DNA of 64,000 nt from Candidatus Enterousia sp. (GTDB lineage Bacteria; Pseudomonadota; Alphaproteobacteria; Rs-D84), in contig JAZLJO010000005.1 in the NCBI GenBank assembly GCA_045617905.1, positions 18,211-82,210 of the forward strand, read 5' to 3'. The position numbers and the translations under genes are program-made. The notes under the pieces are model-generated. The model was not told the DNA's origin. It worked only from the letters and a program-made list of their open reading frames with translations, and did no database searches. The first letter of the stretch is position 1, and every line of letters begins with the position of its first letter. Below are positions 27,930-37,200 of the stretch, piece after piece.

Positions 27930-29663
27930 TTATTTAGGCATTTTCACAGATTCTGCCATTTGTGCCACAAATTCTGCCATTGAAACGTTTTCCTGGGTTG
28001 CATTTCCCAAACGACGTAATGCAACGGTTTTATCTGCGGCCTCTTTATCACCAACAACGGCAATAATCGGTGTTTTTGCCAATGATAATTCACGTATTTT
28101 ATAATTAACCTTTTCATCACGTAAATCTGCACGTGCATAAACCCCTGCATTACGCAAAGCATCAACTATTTCCAACGCATAATCACGTTGTTTTTCTGAA
28201 ATTGGGGTAACAACAACTGGTTCTGGACTTAACCATAACGGCAAATTACCACCCGTTGATTCCAATAATACCCCCATAAAGCGTTCTATTGACCCCAAAA
28301 TTGCACGATGTAACATAATTGGGCGATGTTTCTCACCATCTTCGCCGATATAATTCAAATCAAAACGTTCTGGTAAATTCATATCTAATTGAACCGTTCC
28401 ACATTGCCATGTGCGCCCGATTGAATCTTTTAAATGGCATTCAATTTTTGGACCATAAAAGGCACCTTCGTGTTCAGCAATTTCATATTCAATACCAATT
28501 GAATCCAATGCTTGTTTTAATGCATCTTCGGCAATATCCCAAATTTCATCTGTTCCGATACGGAATTCAGATAATGGGCGTGTTGCCAATTTCATAAATA
28601 TTTTGTTAAAACCAAACGTATTGTAAATATCCACTACAAAATGCAATAAACTAACAACTTCGTCTTTCAATTGTTCTTCGGTGCAGAAAATATGTGCATC
28701 ATCCTGCGTAAATTCACGCACACGCATTAATCCGGCCAAACCGCCTGCGGCCTCGTAACGATTAACTTTGCCGAATTCAGCCAAATACATCGGTAAATCT
28801 TTATATGATTTAATTCCCTGCCCAAACACCAACATTCCCCCAGGACAAGACATCGGTTTTACACAAAATGTTTTACCATCTTGGGTTTTACCAGAATAAT
28901 TGTGTTCGCCATACTTGGCCCAATGTCCACTGCGTTCCCATAAACATCTGTCCATAACAGATGGGGTTGATATTTCCAAGTACCCTGCCCGGTCTTGACG
29001 CATACGGATATAATCAATCAATTTGCGATAAATCTTATATCCCTTGTCGTGCCAAAACACCGCCCCCGGTGCATATTCTGGTTCAAAATGGAATAAATCC
29101 ATATCACGTCCTAATTTACGATTATCGCGTTGGGCGGCTTCGGCCATCATTTTTAAATGTGCATCTAAATCTTCTTTGGATGCAAATGCATCAACATATA
29201 TGCGTTGCAACATTTTATTTTTTGCATCGCCCTTCCAGTATGCGCCCGCGACACTGCGAATTTTAAATCCATCACGCGGCAAATCCTTGGATGTATCAAC
29301 GTGCGGTCCACGGCACAAATCTGTAAAATCGCGAAATTTATATACAGACAAAACAGCCCCGGCTGCATCATATTCATTTAACCATTCTGTTTTATATGGT
29401 TGATCTGCGAATAATTCTTTGGCCTGTTCCAAGGTAACATCACGTTGTTCAAAACGTCCATTTGATTTGATTAATTCACGCATTTCCCGTTCAATTTTTT
29501 CAAAATCTTCTTCAGAAAATCTGTGTTCCGTATCAAAATCGTAATAAAAACCATTTTCAATTGCAGGTCCACCAGCAAATTTAACATCCGGATACATTTT
29601 TTGTATCGCAGCCGCCATAACATGTGCCAACGAATGACGAATCGTTTCAATTGGATAAGACAT
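27930..29663 (-). CDS. thrS: Threonine--tRNA ligase lacking the N-terminal TGS domain
   Basis: 577 aa. Begins directly at the editing-domain motif IRHSLAHVMAAAI. Class II core and C-terminal anticodon-binding domain are present. Confidence 0.95.
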   Translation of the reverse strand: MSYPIETIRHSLAHVMAAAIQKMYPDVKFAGGPAIENGFYYDFDTEHRFSEEDFEKIEREMRELIKSNGRFEQRDVTLEQAKELFADQPYKTEWLNEYDAAGAVLSVYKFRDFTDLCRGPHVDTSKDLPRDGFKIRSVAGAYWKGDAKNKMLQRIYVDAFASKEDLDAHLKMMAEAAQRDNRKLGRDMDLFHFEPEYAPGAVFWHDKGYKIYRKLIDYIRMRQDRAGYLEISTPSVMDRCLWERSGHWAKYGEHNYSGKTQDGKTFCVKPMSCPGGMLVFGQGIKSYKDLPMYLAEFGKVNRYEAAGGLAGLMRVREFTQDDAHIFCTEEQLKDEVVSLLHFVVDIYNTFGFNKIFMKLATRPLSEFRIGTDEIWDIAEDALKQALDSIGIEYEIAEHEGAFYGPKIECHLKDSIGRTWQCGTVQLDMNLPERFDLNYIGEDGEKHRPIMLHRAILGSIERFMGVLLESTGGNLPLWLSPEPVVVTPISEKQRDYALEIVDALRNAGVYARADLRDEKVNYKIRELSLAKTPIIAVVGDKEAADKTVALRRLGNATQENVSMAEFVAQMAESVKMPK

Positions 29664-29721
29664 AATTTAACCTTTTATGATTTTAAGTTTATTTTTGATT
29701 TGCTTAATTATTGCACTACGC

Positions 29722-29768
29722 AAAAAAAACCGCAACAGAATTCATACCCCCGCAGGGGTTGTAGTTGC
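29722..29768 (-). terminator. Terminator of the RHH-containing operon
   Basis: GCAAC...CCCCGCAGGGG...GTTGC nested hairpin, followed by T8 on the minus strand. Confidence 0.6.
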
Positions 29769-29830
29769 TGTAAAAATCAATAAATAATGTTTCATATTCG
29801 ACGGGTATTCTAAGAAATTTTTCACAAAAG

Positions 29831-30052
29831 TCAAAATATTATTTTTTTATCGATTGTATTTATGTTTTGCAAAATCCATACACGCAATGCTGATGACAAA
29901 TTTCGTTTACCACGCGTTTTATCAATTTCACAAATAATTGCCGCCACCGAAACACAACGCTGTAATGCGATTTCATGCAACACAGATATAAATTCCGGTT
30001 CTAATGAAATACTGGTTCGATGACCTGATAAAGATACAGATAATTTGTTCAT
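29831..30052 (-). CDS. Ribbon-helix-helix protein (RHH_4-type)
   Basis: SVSLSGHRTSISLEPEFISVLHEIA...NLSSALRVWIL matches the family pattern (G-H-x-T-S-x-x-L-E...NLSSA-x-R). Confidence 0.75.
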   Translation of the reverse strand: MNKLSVSLSGHRTSISLEPEFISVLHEIALQRCVSVAAIICEIDKTRGKRNLSSALRVWILQNINTIDKKIIF

Positions 30053-30058
30053 ATTTTT

Positions 30059-30490
30059 TTACTTTCCCAGTGCCAAACAATCCGTTACCACACGAAAAAC
30101 ATCATCATATTTACGCAACACATCAAATGTTACATTATCCAACATTTGATATGTACCAAATGCATCAAACGCAAATAAAAATAAATCATTGCGGCCAAAT
30201 ATGGTCAATCCATACGTTTTTTTTATCGATTTCATTTCTTGATTTATATCAACCAAACTAGGTACCGGAAATACCAGCCCGCGTTCAATTTGTTTCGGTC
30301 CAAAAATATACGCACTGCCAAAATTCATTCCACCTGTAACAGAATACAATTCTGAAATTGCATTTGGTAATATCGCCGCATCAATTTGTTGCAAAAACAA
30401 ATTAACATTAATTATATCTTGATGCGTCGCCGCCGGTGCAACAGACACCCCACGCGATTTCATTGTTAAAATAAATTCATCACATGTCAT
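30059..30490 (-). CDS. SMI1/KNR4 (SUKH)-like protein, putative immunity-type
   Basis: 143 aa. LPNAISELYSVTGGMNFGSAYIFG resembles the SUKH-1 LP..y..ly...NG...g...ifg core. By-eye call only. Confidence 0.45.
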   Translation of the reverse strand: MTCDEFILTMKSRGVSVAPAATHQDIINVNLFLQQIDAAILPNAISELYSVTGGMNFGSAYIFGPKQIERGLVFPVPSLVDINQEMKSIKKTYGLTIFGRNDLFLFAFDAFGTYQMLDNVTFDVLRKYDDVFRVVTDCLALGK

Positions 30491-30502
30491 TTTTTCATCA
30501 CC

Positions 30503-31000
30503 CTACATACCACGGGCCATATTCATGCCAATTTGAGTCATCCGATCTTCAGTTGAATTTCCACCATTTCCGCCGCCACCGACATGTGCTGATACATATA
30601 CCTTTTTTGCTGGATTCGGCATCCATATTGCATCATTACCCGTTTGTTCAATTATAAAACGATCTAAATTTTGCGAATTTGGGAACGTCCAGCACAAAAA
30701 CATATTATCTATATCAACCTCCCCCCCCCATATCAAGGGCACACGAAAACGTATTGATGTATTTTCCGGCAAATTTCGTCCCATTAATAAATCCATAAAC
30801 GCATCCTGTGATAAATTCATAAACGCCAACGTTTCTATAGAATCGTCCAACGAACACATAAACTGTCGTCGCGTTTCCCGATATCCAGAAAACCAATCAG
30901 ATGGCACATTTACAACATTGGGGGCCACCAAAACAATCGGCATATCGTCCATATGCATGCTTTTTAAACGTTGTTCTGCAAAATCTTGTGACCATTGCAT
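30503..31000 (-). CDS. Hypothetical protein with His-less colicin-DNase/HNH-like motif and Gly-rich tail
   Basis: 165 aa. VPLIWGGEVDIDNMFL resembles KPISQxGGVYDMDNI of E7/E9-type DNases, but the canonical His positions are R/F/N/F. Contains a G9 tract. Confidence 0.35.
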   Translation of the reverse strand: MQWSQDFAEQRLKSMHMDDMPIVLVAPNVVNVPSDWFSGYRETRRQFMCSLDDSIETLAFMNLSQDAFMDLLMGRNLPENTSIRFRVPLIWGGEVDIDNMFLCWTFPNSQNLDRFIIEQTGNDAIWMPNPAKKVYVSAHVGGGGNGGNSTEDRMTQIGMNMARGM

Positions 31001-31002
31001 AA

Positions 31003-31914
31003 TTATATCTTACCTATGTAATTTAATACCGTATCAATGTATTGCGAATATGCATCTAAATTTTCTGTATCTTCTGTAATCGTATTTTTGTGTTCGCCAA
31101 TGTAACTGGATAATTCGTCAAATGTATTAAACACCAAAACATCCGGTGCATGATTTCCAAAATCGGTTGATGCAACAACAAAACAATTTATATTTATCTG
31201 AACATCTTCCAGGGTATCTATGAATATATTTTGAAATTTATCTGCAATTTTTTTCACGGTTTCTGTATCTGTATCAACCGCACCTAACCAGAAAACCTCG
31301 TCCTGACCAATGGCAACGAATGGGGATACACCGGCAATTACCGGTGATTTTTTTACAATATAGCCCGCATTTTTAAATACTGTTTCAATTTCTGGGTATG
31401 TTCTAATAACGTTTTTTCTGGTTGTTGATAACACAGGCATTGGTTGGGGGGCAATATTATGTTGCACATTAACATTATTATGCACCATCATGCCAACGTT
31501 TGGACGTGGTGGTCGCAGTGCCGCAGATGGGGCACGTGTTGAAACAGAATTATCTATTTCATTTTTTTTAATTATTGGTTCTTTATCTTTTTTGATATTT
31601 TCTTTTTCGGCTTCTTTGCCCGCCATACCAATTGCTGATCGCGAAACTGGTGATGCCGCCATATGTATATAACGACGGCGTGGTGCCAATAAAACATATA
31701 ATCCAGAAAATGTTATAACAAACACCCCAACCAATGATATATAAAACATCGGTTGTATCTGAACCTGGGTTGCCTGTAAGGCGGCCAAATATTCCCAATG
31801 TGATACAGATAATATATTAAAACCGAATTTGATGTTAAACCAAAAACATGTTCCCAACGTAACCGCCAGCAACCATAAAATACAAATTAAAAAATAATCT
31901 ATTCTTTTTTTCAT
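31003..31914 (-). CDS. Membrane protein (2 N-terminal TM helices, Pro-rich linker, alpha/beta C-terminal domain), unknown function
   Basis: 303-aa ORF. TM segments YFLICILWLLAVTLGTCFWF and MFYISLVGVFVITFSGLYVLL. 2-nt gap to the next gene. Confidence 0.6.
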   Translation of the reverse strand: MKKRIDYFLICILWLLAVTLGTCFWFNIKFGFNILSVSHWEYLAALQATQVQIQPMFYISLVGVFVITFSGLYVLLAPRRRYIHMAASPVSRSAIGMAGKEAEKENIKKDKEPIIKKNEIDNSVSTRAPSAALRPPRPNVGMMVHNNVNVQHNIAPQPMPVLSTTRKNVIRTYPEIETVFKNAGYIVKKSPVIAGVSPFVAIGQDEVFWLGAVDTDTETVKKIADKFQNIFIDTLEDVQININCFVVASTDFGNHAPDVLVFNTFDELSSYIGEHKNTITEDTENLDAYSQYIDTVLNYIGKI

Positions 31915-31957
31915 TTCGTTTTGATTATATCATATTTATGATAAAGTAAAAAGTGCA

Positions 31958-32662
31958 ATGATTATATCAAACGACATTATTTATCAAATACGTAATAATA
32001 TTTCTTTATGGTGCGATGATCTGATTGACGGGCCGGATTTGGCCGCATGTACAGAATTTGCCACACGTGAAAATATAGACATCATATCTGTTTCCCCTGA
32101 CCGGGTATCTATGTTATGGCCATGGGTGGAAAAAACAAATATAAAGATTGCCACCAGATTATATTTATCTTCAAAATCAGATTGTAATACATCTGATCGT
32201 ATTACAGATATTGCCAAACGTATAAACGCCGTATTTAAATTTGGTGCGGACATTGTACAGGTTTTCATAAAAATGTCTGATTTTGATGAATTTATCACAA
32301 AAATTCGTCCTGTATACGATGATTTGTTTTTTAATCACAGATTATCAGTTGCCGTTGATATTAATGAAATCGAATCCGTTGATTGGGAAAATTTTTATCA
32401 ACGCATAAAAAACATTGGTGCGCAATCATTATTATTTAAATTACCCACAAACACTGGGAACAATTCTGATTTTATTGGTCGAATATATGCAGCATTAGAT
32501 AATTATCAACCAACATTTAATTTTGATATACATGCGCTAATAAATGGTAATTTAATCCAGGCCGAACAATTGTTTCGTTTAACCGAACTAATTCAACCAC
32601 AAATTTTACCAAATACGCGTTTTTTTATAAATTGGCAAACTGAAATGTTCAAATTAAGTTAA
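31958..32662 (+). CDS. Hypothetical protein (weak DeoC-like TIM-barrel resemblance)
   Basis: 234-aa ORF divergent from the operon above. ...IDIISVSPDRV...IKIATRLYL...FGADIVQVFI is loosely aldolase-like. Its stop overlaps the trmB stop. Confidence 0.4.
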   Translation: MIISNDIIYQIRNNISLWCDDLIDGPDLAACTEFATRENIDIISVSPDRVSMLWPWVEKTNIKIATRLYLSSKSDCNTSDRITDIAKRINAVFKFGADIVQVFIKMSDFDEFITKIRPVYDDLFFNHRLSVAVDINEIESVDWENFYQRIKNIGAQSLLFKLPTNTGNNSDFIGRIYAALDNYQPTFNFDIHALINGNLIQAEQLFRLTELIQPQILPNTRFFINWQTEMFKLS

Positions 32663-33288
32663 CGATTTTCCAATATTAAATATTTTGGGGTTGTTGTCTG
32701 TGCCATATTTTTATTCTGATAACGCGTTTGAATTATGTCCAAATCTGCAATTGTTGCATTCAATGTGGTATGTGCCGCCTGTGCAACAATCCAATCAAAA
32801 TATTCCCAATGATCCGTTCCAATTATAATTTGACCACTTTGGGATAAGTATTTACCCAACAACGTTAAAAAATCTGCATTTAACAAACGACGTTTTTCAT
32901 GCTTTGCCTTTGGCCATGGGTCTGGATGCAAAACCCAAATTTGTTCATACAACGAATCGTTTTGGCACAACAAATCACGAACATCGTCTGCCCAAACACG
33001 TATATTTTTATATTCAGTCAAAACATTATTATCCGCATCGCATATTGCAGACATTAAACTGGCAACACCATTGATGAATGGTTCGGCCCCAACAATAATT
33101 TTATCAGGATTTTCCCGTGCCAATGAACGTAAATGTTCACCCGCACCAAAACCAATTTCCAAAACAGCATTTTCAATTTTACCATTTGGGCAAATATTTG
33201 GCAAAACAGATTCAATTAATGCATTTTGACGTGCAGATAATTTTTTGCCATGCCGGCGTCCAAATGTTCTTATTACTTGTTTTTCCAT
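32659..33288 (-). CDS. trmB: tRNA (guanine46-N7)-methyltransferase
   Basis: LEIGFGAGEHL...HPDPWPKAKHEKRRL. Confidence 0.9.
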   Translation of the reverse strand: MEKQVIRTFGRRHGKKLSARQNALIESVLPNICPNGKIENAVLEIGFGAGEHLRSLARENPDKIIVGAEPFINGVASLMSAICDADNNVLTEYKNIRVWADDVRDLLCQNDSLYEQIWVLHPDPWPKAKHEKRRLLNADFLTLLGKYLSQSGQIIIGTDHWEYFDWIVAQAAHTTLNATIADLDIIQTRYQNKNMAQTTTPKYLILENR

Positions 33289-33332
33289 ATATTTAGTATA
33301 GAATTGAATTCACAATAATACAAGGATATAAA

Positions 33333-34910
33333 ATGCGTAATGGTTTAGGCAAAGATTTAATTGCCAGGGTATTGGGTGGTGCACCCAAATATACATTAGA
33401 ACAGTTAGAGGAAAAATTTCCACCACGTGATTTACCAGACGGGGCGTTTGTTACACGTTTTGCCCCCAGTCCAACCGGTTTTATGCATTTAGGTGGATTA
33501 TATGGATCATTGATTGATTATAAATTGGCCCAACAAACGGGTGGAATATTTTATTTACGTATCGAAGATACAGATACCAAGCGAGAGGTTAAAGAAGCGG
33601 TAGATATCATAATCAATTCAATGCATCGTTTTGGTTTTAAATATAACAACGATGAAAAATATGGTCCATATTATCAATCAATGCGCAAAGATGTTTATCA
33701 TTGCGTTGTGGCTGATTTATTGGCACGTGGTCTGGCATATCCATGTTTTATGACATCGGCAGATATTGATGCGATTCGCACGCACCAAAACGCTGCGGGC
33801 GTTGCCACTGGTATATATGGCGAATTTGCGCGGGATCGTGATTTAACAGACGATGAAATTATTGCGCATTTGGATAATGGAGATACACCGACAATCCGGT
33901 TATATTCAACAGGAAATGCGGAACAAAAAATTTTCTGCAAAGATGCGGTACGTGGTTCCATTGGATTCCCAGAAAACAACGAAGATTTTGTTTTGATTAA
34001 ATCTAATGATGGTTTACCAACATATCATTTTGCACATTTATGTGACGATCATTTCATGCGGACAACACACGTTGTTCGTGGCGAAGAATGGTTACCTTCA
34101 TTTCCAAAGCATATTCAATTATTTCGTATGATGGGGTGGACACCACCATTGTACATTCATACATCTACATTGGATAAAATTGATATTGATACCGGTAAAC
34201 AGCGCAAATTATCCAAGCGCAAAGATCCAGAGGCAAATGTTGCCTATTTTATCCAAGACGGTTGGCCAATGGATGCAGTTATTGAATATTTGGGAAATAT
34301 TATTGCATCGGGGTACGAAGACGCCAAAGTCAAAGGGACAGTAAAAACATTTTGGGATTATGAATTAAAACCTAAAAAAATTCCTATGTCTGGTTCATTG
34401 TTTGATATGAAAAAATTAGAATGGTGGGCCAAGGAATATATTGCCACAATGCCGGTTGATAAATTGGTTCAATCTGTAACCGATTGGGCACATGAATTTG
34501 ACAAAGAATGGACAGAACGTATCGATAAAAATCCAGAATATTTAAAAAATATTTTGGCAATCGAACGTGATAACCCGAAACGTATTCGTAAAGATTTTAT
34601 TACATGGCACCAAACATTAAATGAAATCGCATATTTTTGGGATGAATTATTAAATGTAAATACCACATTTACATTTAATTCGGATATATTAAATGCATTT
34701 ATTGAATCGTTTAATATCAATGATGACAAAGATACCTGGTGGGGAAAAATTGTCGAAATTGCAAATAAATTTGGAATAAAAAACGGAGATGTGGCAATGC
34801 AATTACGTGTTGCAATGTCGGGACGTACCAATACACCAGATTTATATTCAATTATGCAGGTAATGGGCCAATCACGTGTTGTTGCACGTATAAAAATGGC
34901 ATTAAATTAA
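33333..34910 (+). CDS. gltX: Glutamate--tRNA ligase (long form)
   Basis: TRFAPSPTGFMHLGG (HIGH), RIEDTD, KLSKRK (KMSKS). 525 aa. Confidence 0.9.
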   Translation: MRNGLGKDLIARVLGGAPKYTLEQLEEKFPPRDLPDGAFVTRFAPSPTGFMHLGGLYGSLIDYKLAQQTGGIFYLRIEDTDTKREVKEAVDIIINSMHRFGFKYNNDEKYGPYYQSMRKDVYHCVVADLLARGLAYPCFMTSADIDAIRTHQNAAGVATGIYGEFARDRDLTDDEIIAHLDNGDTPTIRLYSTGNAEQKIFCKDAVRGSIGFPENNEDFVLIKSNDGLPTYHFAHLCDDHFMRTTHVVRGEEWLPSFPKHIQLFRMMGWTPPLYIHTSTLDKIDIDTGKQRKLSKRKDPEANVAYFIQDGWPMDAVIEYLGNIIASGYEDAKVKGTVKTFWDYELKPKKIPMSGSLFDMKKLEWWAKEYIATMPVDKLVQSVTDWAHEFDKEWTERIDKNPEYLKNILAIERDNPKRIRKDFITWHQTLNEIAYFWDELLNVNTTFTFNSDILNAFIESFNINDDKDTWWGKIVEIANKFGIKNGDVAMQLRVAMSGRTNTPDLYSIMQVMGQSRVVARIKMALN

Positions 34911-34932
34911 TAATTATAAAAAGGAAAAAATA

Positions 34933-35691
34933 ATGAAACAGACCAGACAAAAATCAAAACAAACGGTCCGCAAACAATTAAAAAATGTTAAACATGATTC
35001 ACGCGGAAATGCGTTATTGCGCACGTTACAGGCCACTGGGTTATTCAGATGGGAACGTAAATCCACAAAATCCGAAGAAATGTTAAACATTTTAACCCAC
35101 GGCATTGGAATTGGTTTAGCAATTGCCGGTTTATGTTTATTGGAAGTATTTGCCGTTTTATACGGTAACGTTTGGGCAATTGTATCATGTGCCATTTTTG
35201 GGTTAACAATGTTCACATTGTATTTTGGTTCAACAATGTGCCATGCAATGATTGGTCAAAAAAGCGAATGTTTTTTCGAAGTATGGGACAGCGTTGCCAT
35301 TTATGCGTTAATTGCAGGAACATATACCCCATTTTGTTTGGTAAATTTACGTGGCGGCTGGGGATGGACGGTTTTTGGTATTTTATGGGCAATTACAATT
35401 TTTGGTGCCGTAATGAAAATAAACAGCCCACGTCGCCAACCAAAATGGATGGTTGCGCTATATTTGGTTATGGGTTGGACATTGGTATTTATTTTACCGG
35501 TTATGTTGCGCAATATTTCCGCACGTGGCATGTGGTTTATATTATCGGGTGGTTTATCTTATTCGTTGGGGGTAATATTTTATTTATGGCGTAAAATGAA
35601 ATATTCACATGCAATATGGCACCTGTTTGTAATTAGTGGCAGTGTTTGTTTCTTTTTTGCGGTATTATTTGGATGTGTAATTGATTTTTAA
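34933..35691 (+). CDS. Hemolysin III / PAQR family membrane protein
   Basis: 7-TM profile. EEMLNILTHGIGIG..., ...HAIWHLFVISGS. Confidence 0.85.
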   Translation: MKQTRQKSKQTVRKQLKNVKHDSRGNALLRTLQATGLFRWERKSTKSEEMLNILTHGIGIGLAIAGLCLLEVFAVLYGNVWAIVSCAIFGLTMFTLYFGSTMCHAMIGQKSECFFEVWDSVAIYALIAGTYTPFCLVNLRGGWGWTVFGILWAITIFGAVMKINSPRRQPKWMVALYLVMGWTLVFILPVMLRNISARGMWFILSGGLSYSLGVIFYLWRKMKYSHAIWHLFVISGSVCFFFAVLFGCVIDF

Positions 35692-35716
35692 AATATTAAA
35701 TAATTTGTTTATAAAA

Positions 35717-35740
35717 ATCCCCGATTTGGGGATTTTTTTT
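35717..35740 (+). terminator. Rho-independent terminator
   Basis: ATCCCC-gattt-GGGGAT followed by T7. Confidence 0.75.
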
Positions 35741-35824
35741 GTGTTATTTTAACAATTTTGCTCAAAAAACTTTTTTAATAATTATCGAAATAAAACAATA
35801 AAAAATATCAGGTATGTGGTATCC

Positions 35825-36196
35825 TTATTCAGCACATGAATAAGAATAGCTTTTGGGCATTCTGTACATGTTATTGGATATAGCGTCCACCAATACCGGT
35901 AATATACCAACCAACCATCCAATTGGAAATACATCCAAGATAACTGCGGGTGCATTTAATTCACGCAGAACTGTCTTTTCATTACATGCAGAATTATACG
36001 ATTTAATTGTTAAATCATTATTTGAATAAATAACCATATCGTTTTCTGGTTTAATTTTATAAACACCGCTATCGGCCGATACGGTAATTGTATTTTTAGA
36101 ATTGTTATACAAACGGATTTTATGGTTACTGCCAATACCGATTGTTCCACAGGCGGACAATACAAATAAAATTGATAAAATAATAATTTTTTTCAT
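35825..36196 (-). CDS. Lipoprotein, unknown function
   Basis: MKKIIILSILFVLSAC lipobox at the internal ATG. Coordinates follow the ORF-track frame. My base count here differed by 1 nt, so treat the start as +/-1. Confidence 0.5.
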   Translation of the reverse strand: MKKIIILSILFVLSACGTIGIGSNHKIRLYNNSKNTITVSADSGVYKIKPENDMVIYSNNDLTIKSYNSACNEKTVLRELNAPAVILDVFPIGWLVGILPVLVDAISNNMYRMPKSYSYSCAE

Positions 36197-36447
36197 GGAA
36201 TGCACCCAATTTTGAATTAGTCCATAAACTTTAATGAAAAAATTCCTATAAATCAATTTAGATTTTTTTATTCAATTATTATAAATAATTTGATGTATAA
36301 GAATAATTCCCACTGGTGTTATTTGATAATAATATACAACTTTTATCAACCACCAAAAAAATATATGGTTACGACATAAAAACATGTGCCACTGCATAAA
36401 GCGTGGATTGTCTTATGACAATCAAAATAATATCAAGTTTAAAAAAA

Positions 36448-36465
36448 CACCGCCCTTTGGCGGTG
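36448..36465 (-). terminator. Rho-independent terminator
   Basis: CACCGCC-cttt-GGCGGTG flanked by A/T runs, just past the stop of the 84-aa gene. Confidence 0.7.
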
Positions 36466-36488
36466 ATAAAAAACGTAAAAACGGCAAA

Positions 36489-36743
36489 TTATTCAACCCA
36501 AATGGTCGCAAAGGTGGTAGATGTTTCGCCACCAACGGGTATTTTATTCAATTCGTCTTTTTTTGCATATGTTTCTGTTATCTTATTACCATCAGAATCC
36601 TTTGCGGCTTTACCGGCAAACGCCTGATTTTCGTTGGTAAAATGTTCATTAACAAAGTCTGCGGATGCAATATCTGCATTTGCATTTGATGCAAATATTG
36701 TAACCCCCAGCACAGATGCAAAAAATAATAATTTGCGTTTCAT
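36489..36743 (-). CDS. Small secreted protein, IAS-x-x-(Y/F)-VNE family
   Basis: Signal peptide followed by ANADIASADFVNEH, the same post-signal motif as the next gene. Confidence 0.5.
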   Translation of the reverse strand: MKRKLLFFASVLGVTIFASNANADIASADFVNEHFTNENQAFAGKAAKDSDGNKITETYAKKDELNKIPVGGETSTTFATIWVE

Positions 36744-36776
36744 TATGTTTTTACTGTATTTTTGTTATTACTTCTA

Positions 36777-36813
36777 CTTGTGATTGCATTGTTCACACAT
36801 ATGCAATCACAAG
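36777..36813. repeat. 13-bp perfect inverted repeat (CTTGTGATTGCAT-11 nt-ATGCAATCACAAG)
   Basis: Read directly from the sequence, in the intergenic region between two paralogous secreted-protein genes. Confidence 0.5.
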
Positions 36814-36840
36814 ATTTATTTTTATACAACGTATTTGAAA

Positions 36841-37200
36841 TTATTCGCCGGTAGTACTACGTGTAATGTCTTCCCAAACCAAGGCAGAACCGTTATATTT
36901 CAAAACACAATCAGTACAATTTTCACTTCCACGAATACTGTTGACTAACTCGGCTGTGATTCCAGAATTTACTGCATCCAATTGATCTTGAGTCAAAGCA
37001 TCTTGTTTGCCTTCCAAATCACTTTTATCTGCTTTGTCTTCCAATTCACTTTTATCTGCTTTGCCTTCCAATTCTGTTGTTGTTACCATATCTTTCGTTT
37101 TTTCATTAACATATGCTTCAGATGCAATATTTGCATGTGCGGCGTTTACGGTTACAACTGTTAATATTGCGGCAAATATACCTGCGGTTAATTTTTTCAT
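36841..37200 (-). CDS. Secreted coiled-coil protein with KADKS(D/E)LE repeats
   Basis: Signal peptide, AHANIASEAYVNEK, 9-aa repeats, and C-terminal CTDCVLKYNGSALVWEDIT shared with the 406-aa paralogue. Confidence 0.55.
   Translation of the reverse strand: MKKLTAGIFAAILTVVTVNAAHANIASEAYVNEKTKDMVTTTELEGKADKSELEDKADKSDLEGKQDALTQDQLDAVNSGITAELVNSIRGSENCTDCVLKYNGSALVWEDITRSTTGE
37009..37074. repeat. 27-bp tandem repeat (about 2.4 copies) inside the coding sequence
   Basis: G(C/T)CTTCCAA(A/T)TCACTTTTATCTGCTTT repeated. It encodes LE(G/D)KADKS(E/D). Confidence 0.85.

Noticed and set aside
36384-36689. 101-aa and 74-aa plus-strand ORFs in the 36.3-36.7 kb region.
   Set aside because: They overlap the terminator and the signal-peptide-bearing 84-aa gene on the opposite strand. 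The composition is Cys/Phe/Ile-rich shadow-frame-like.
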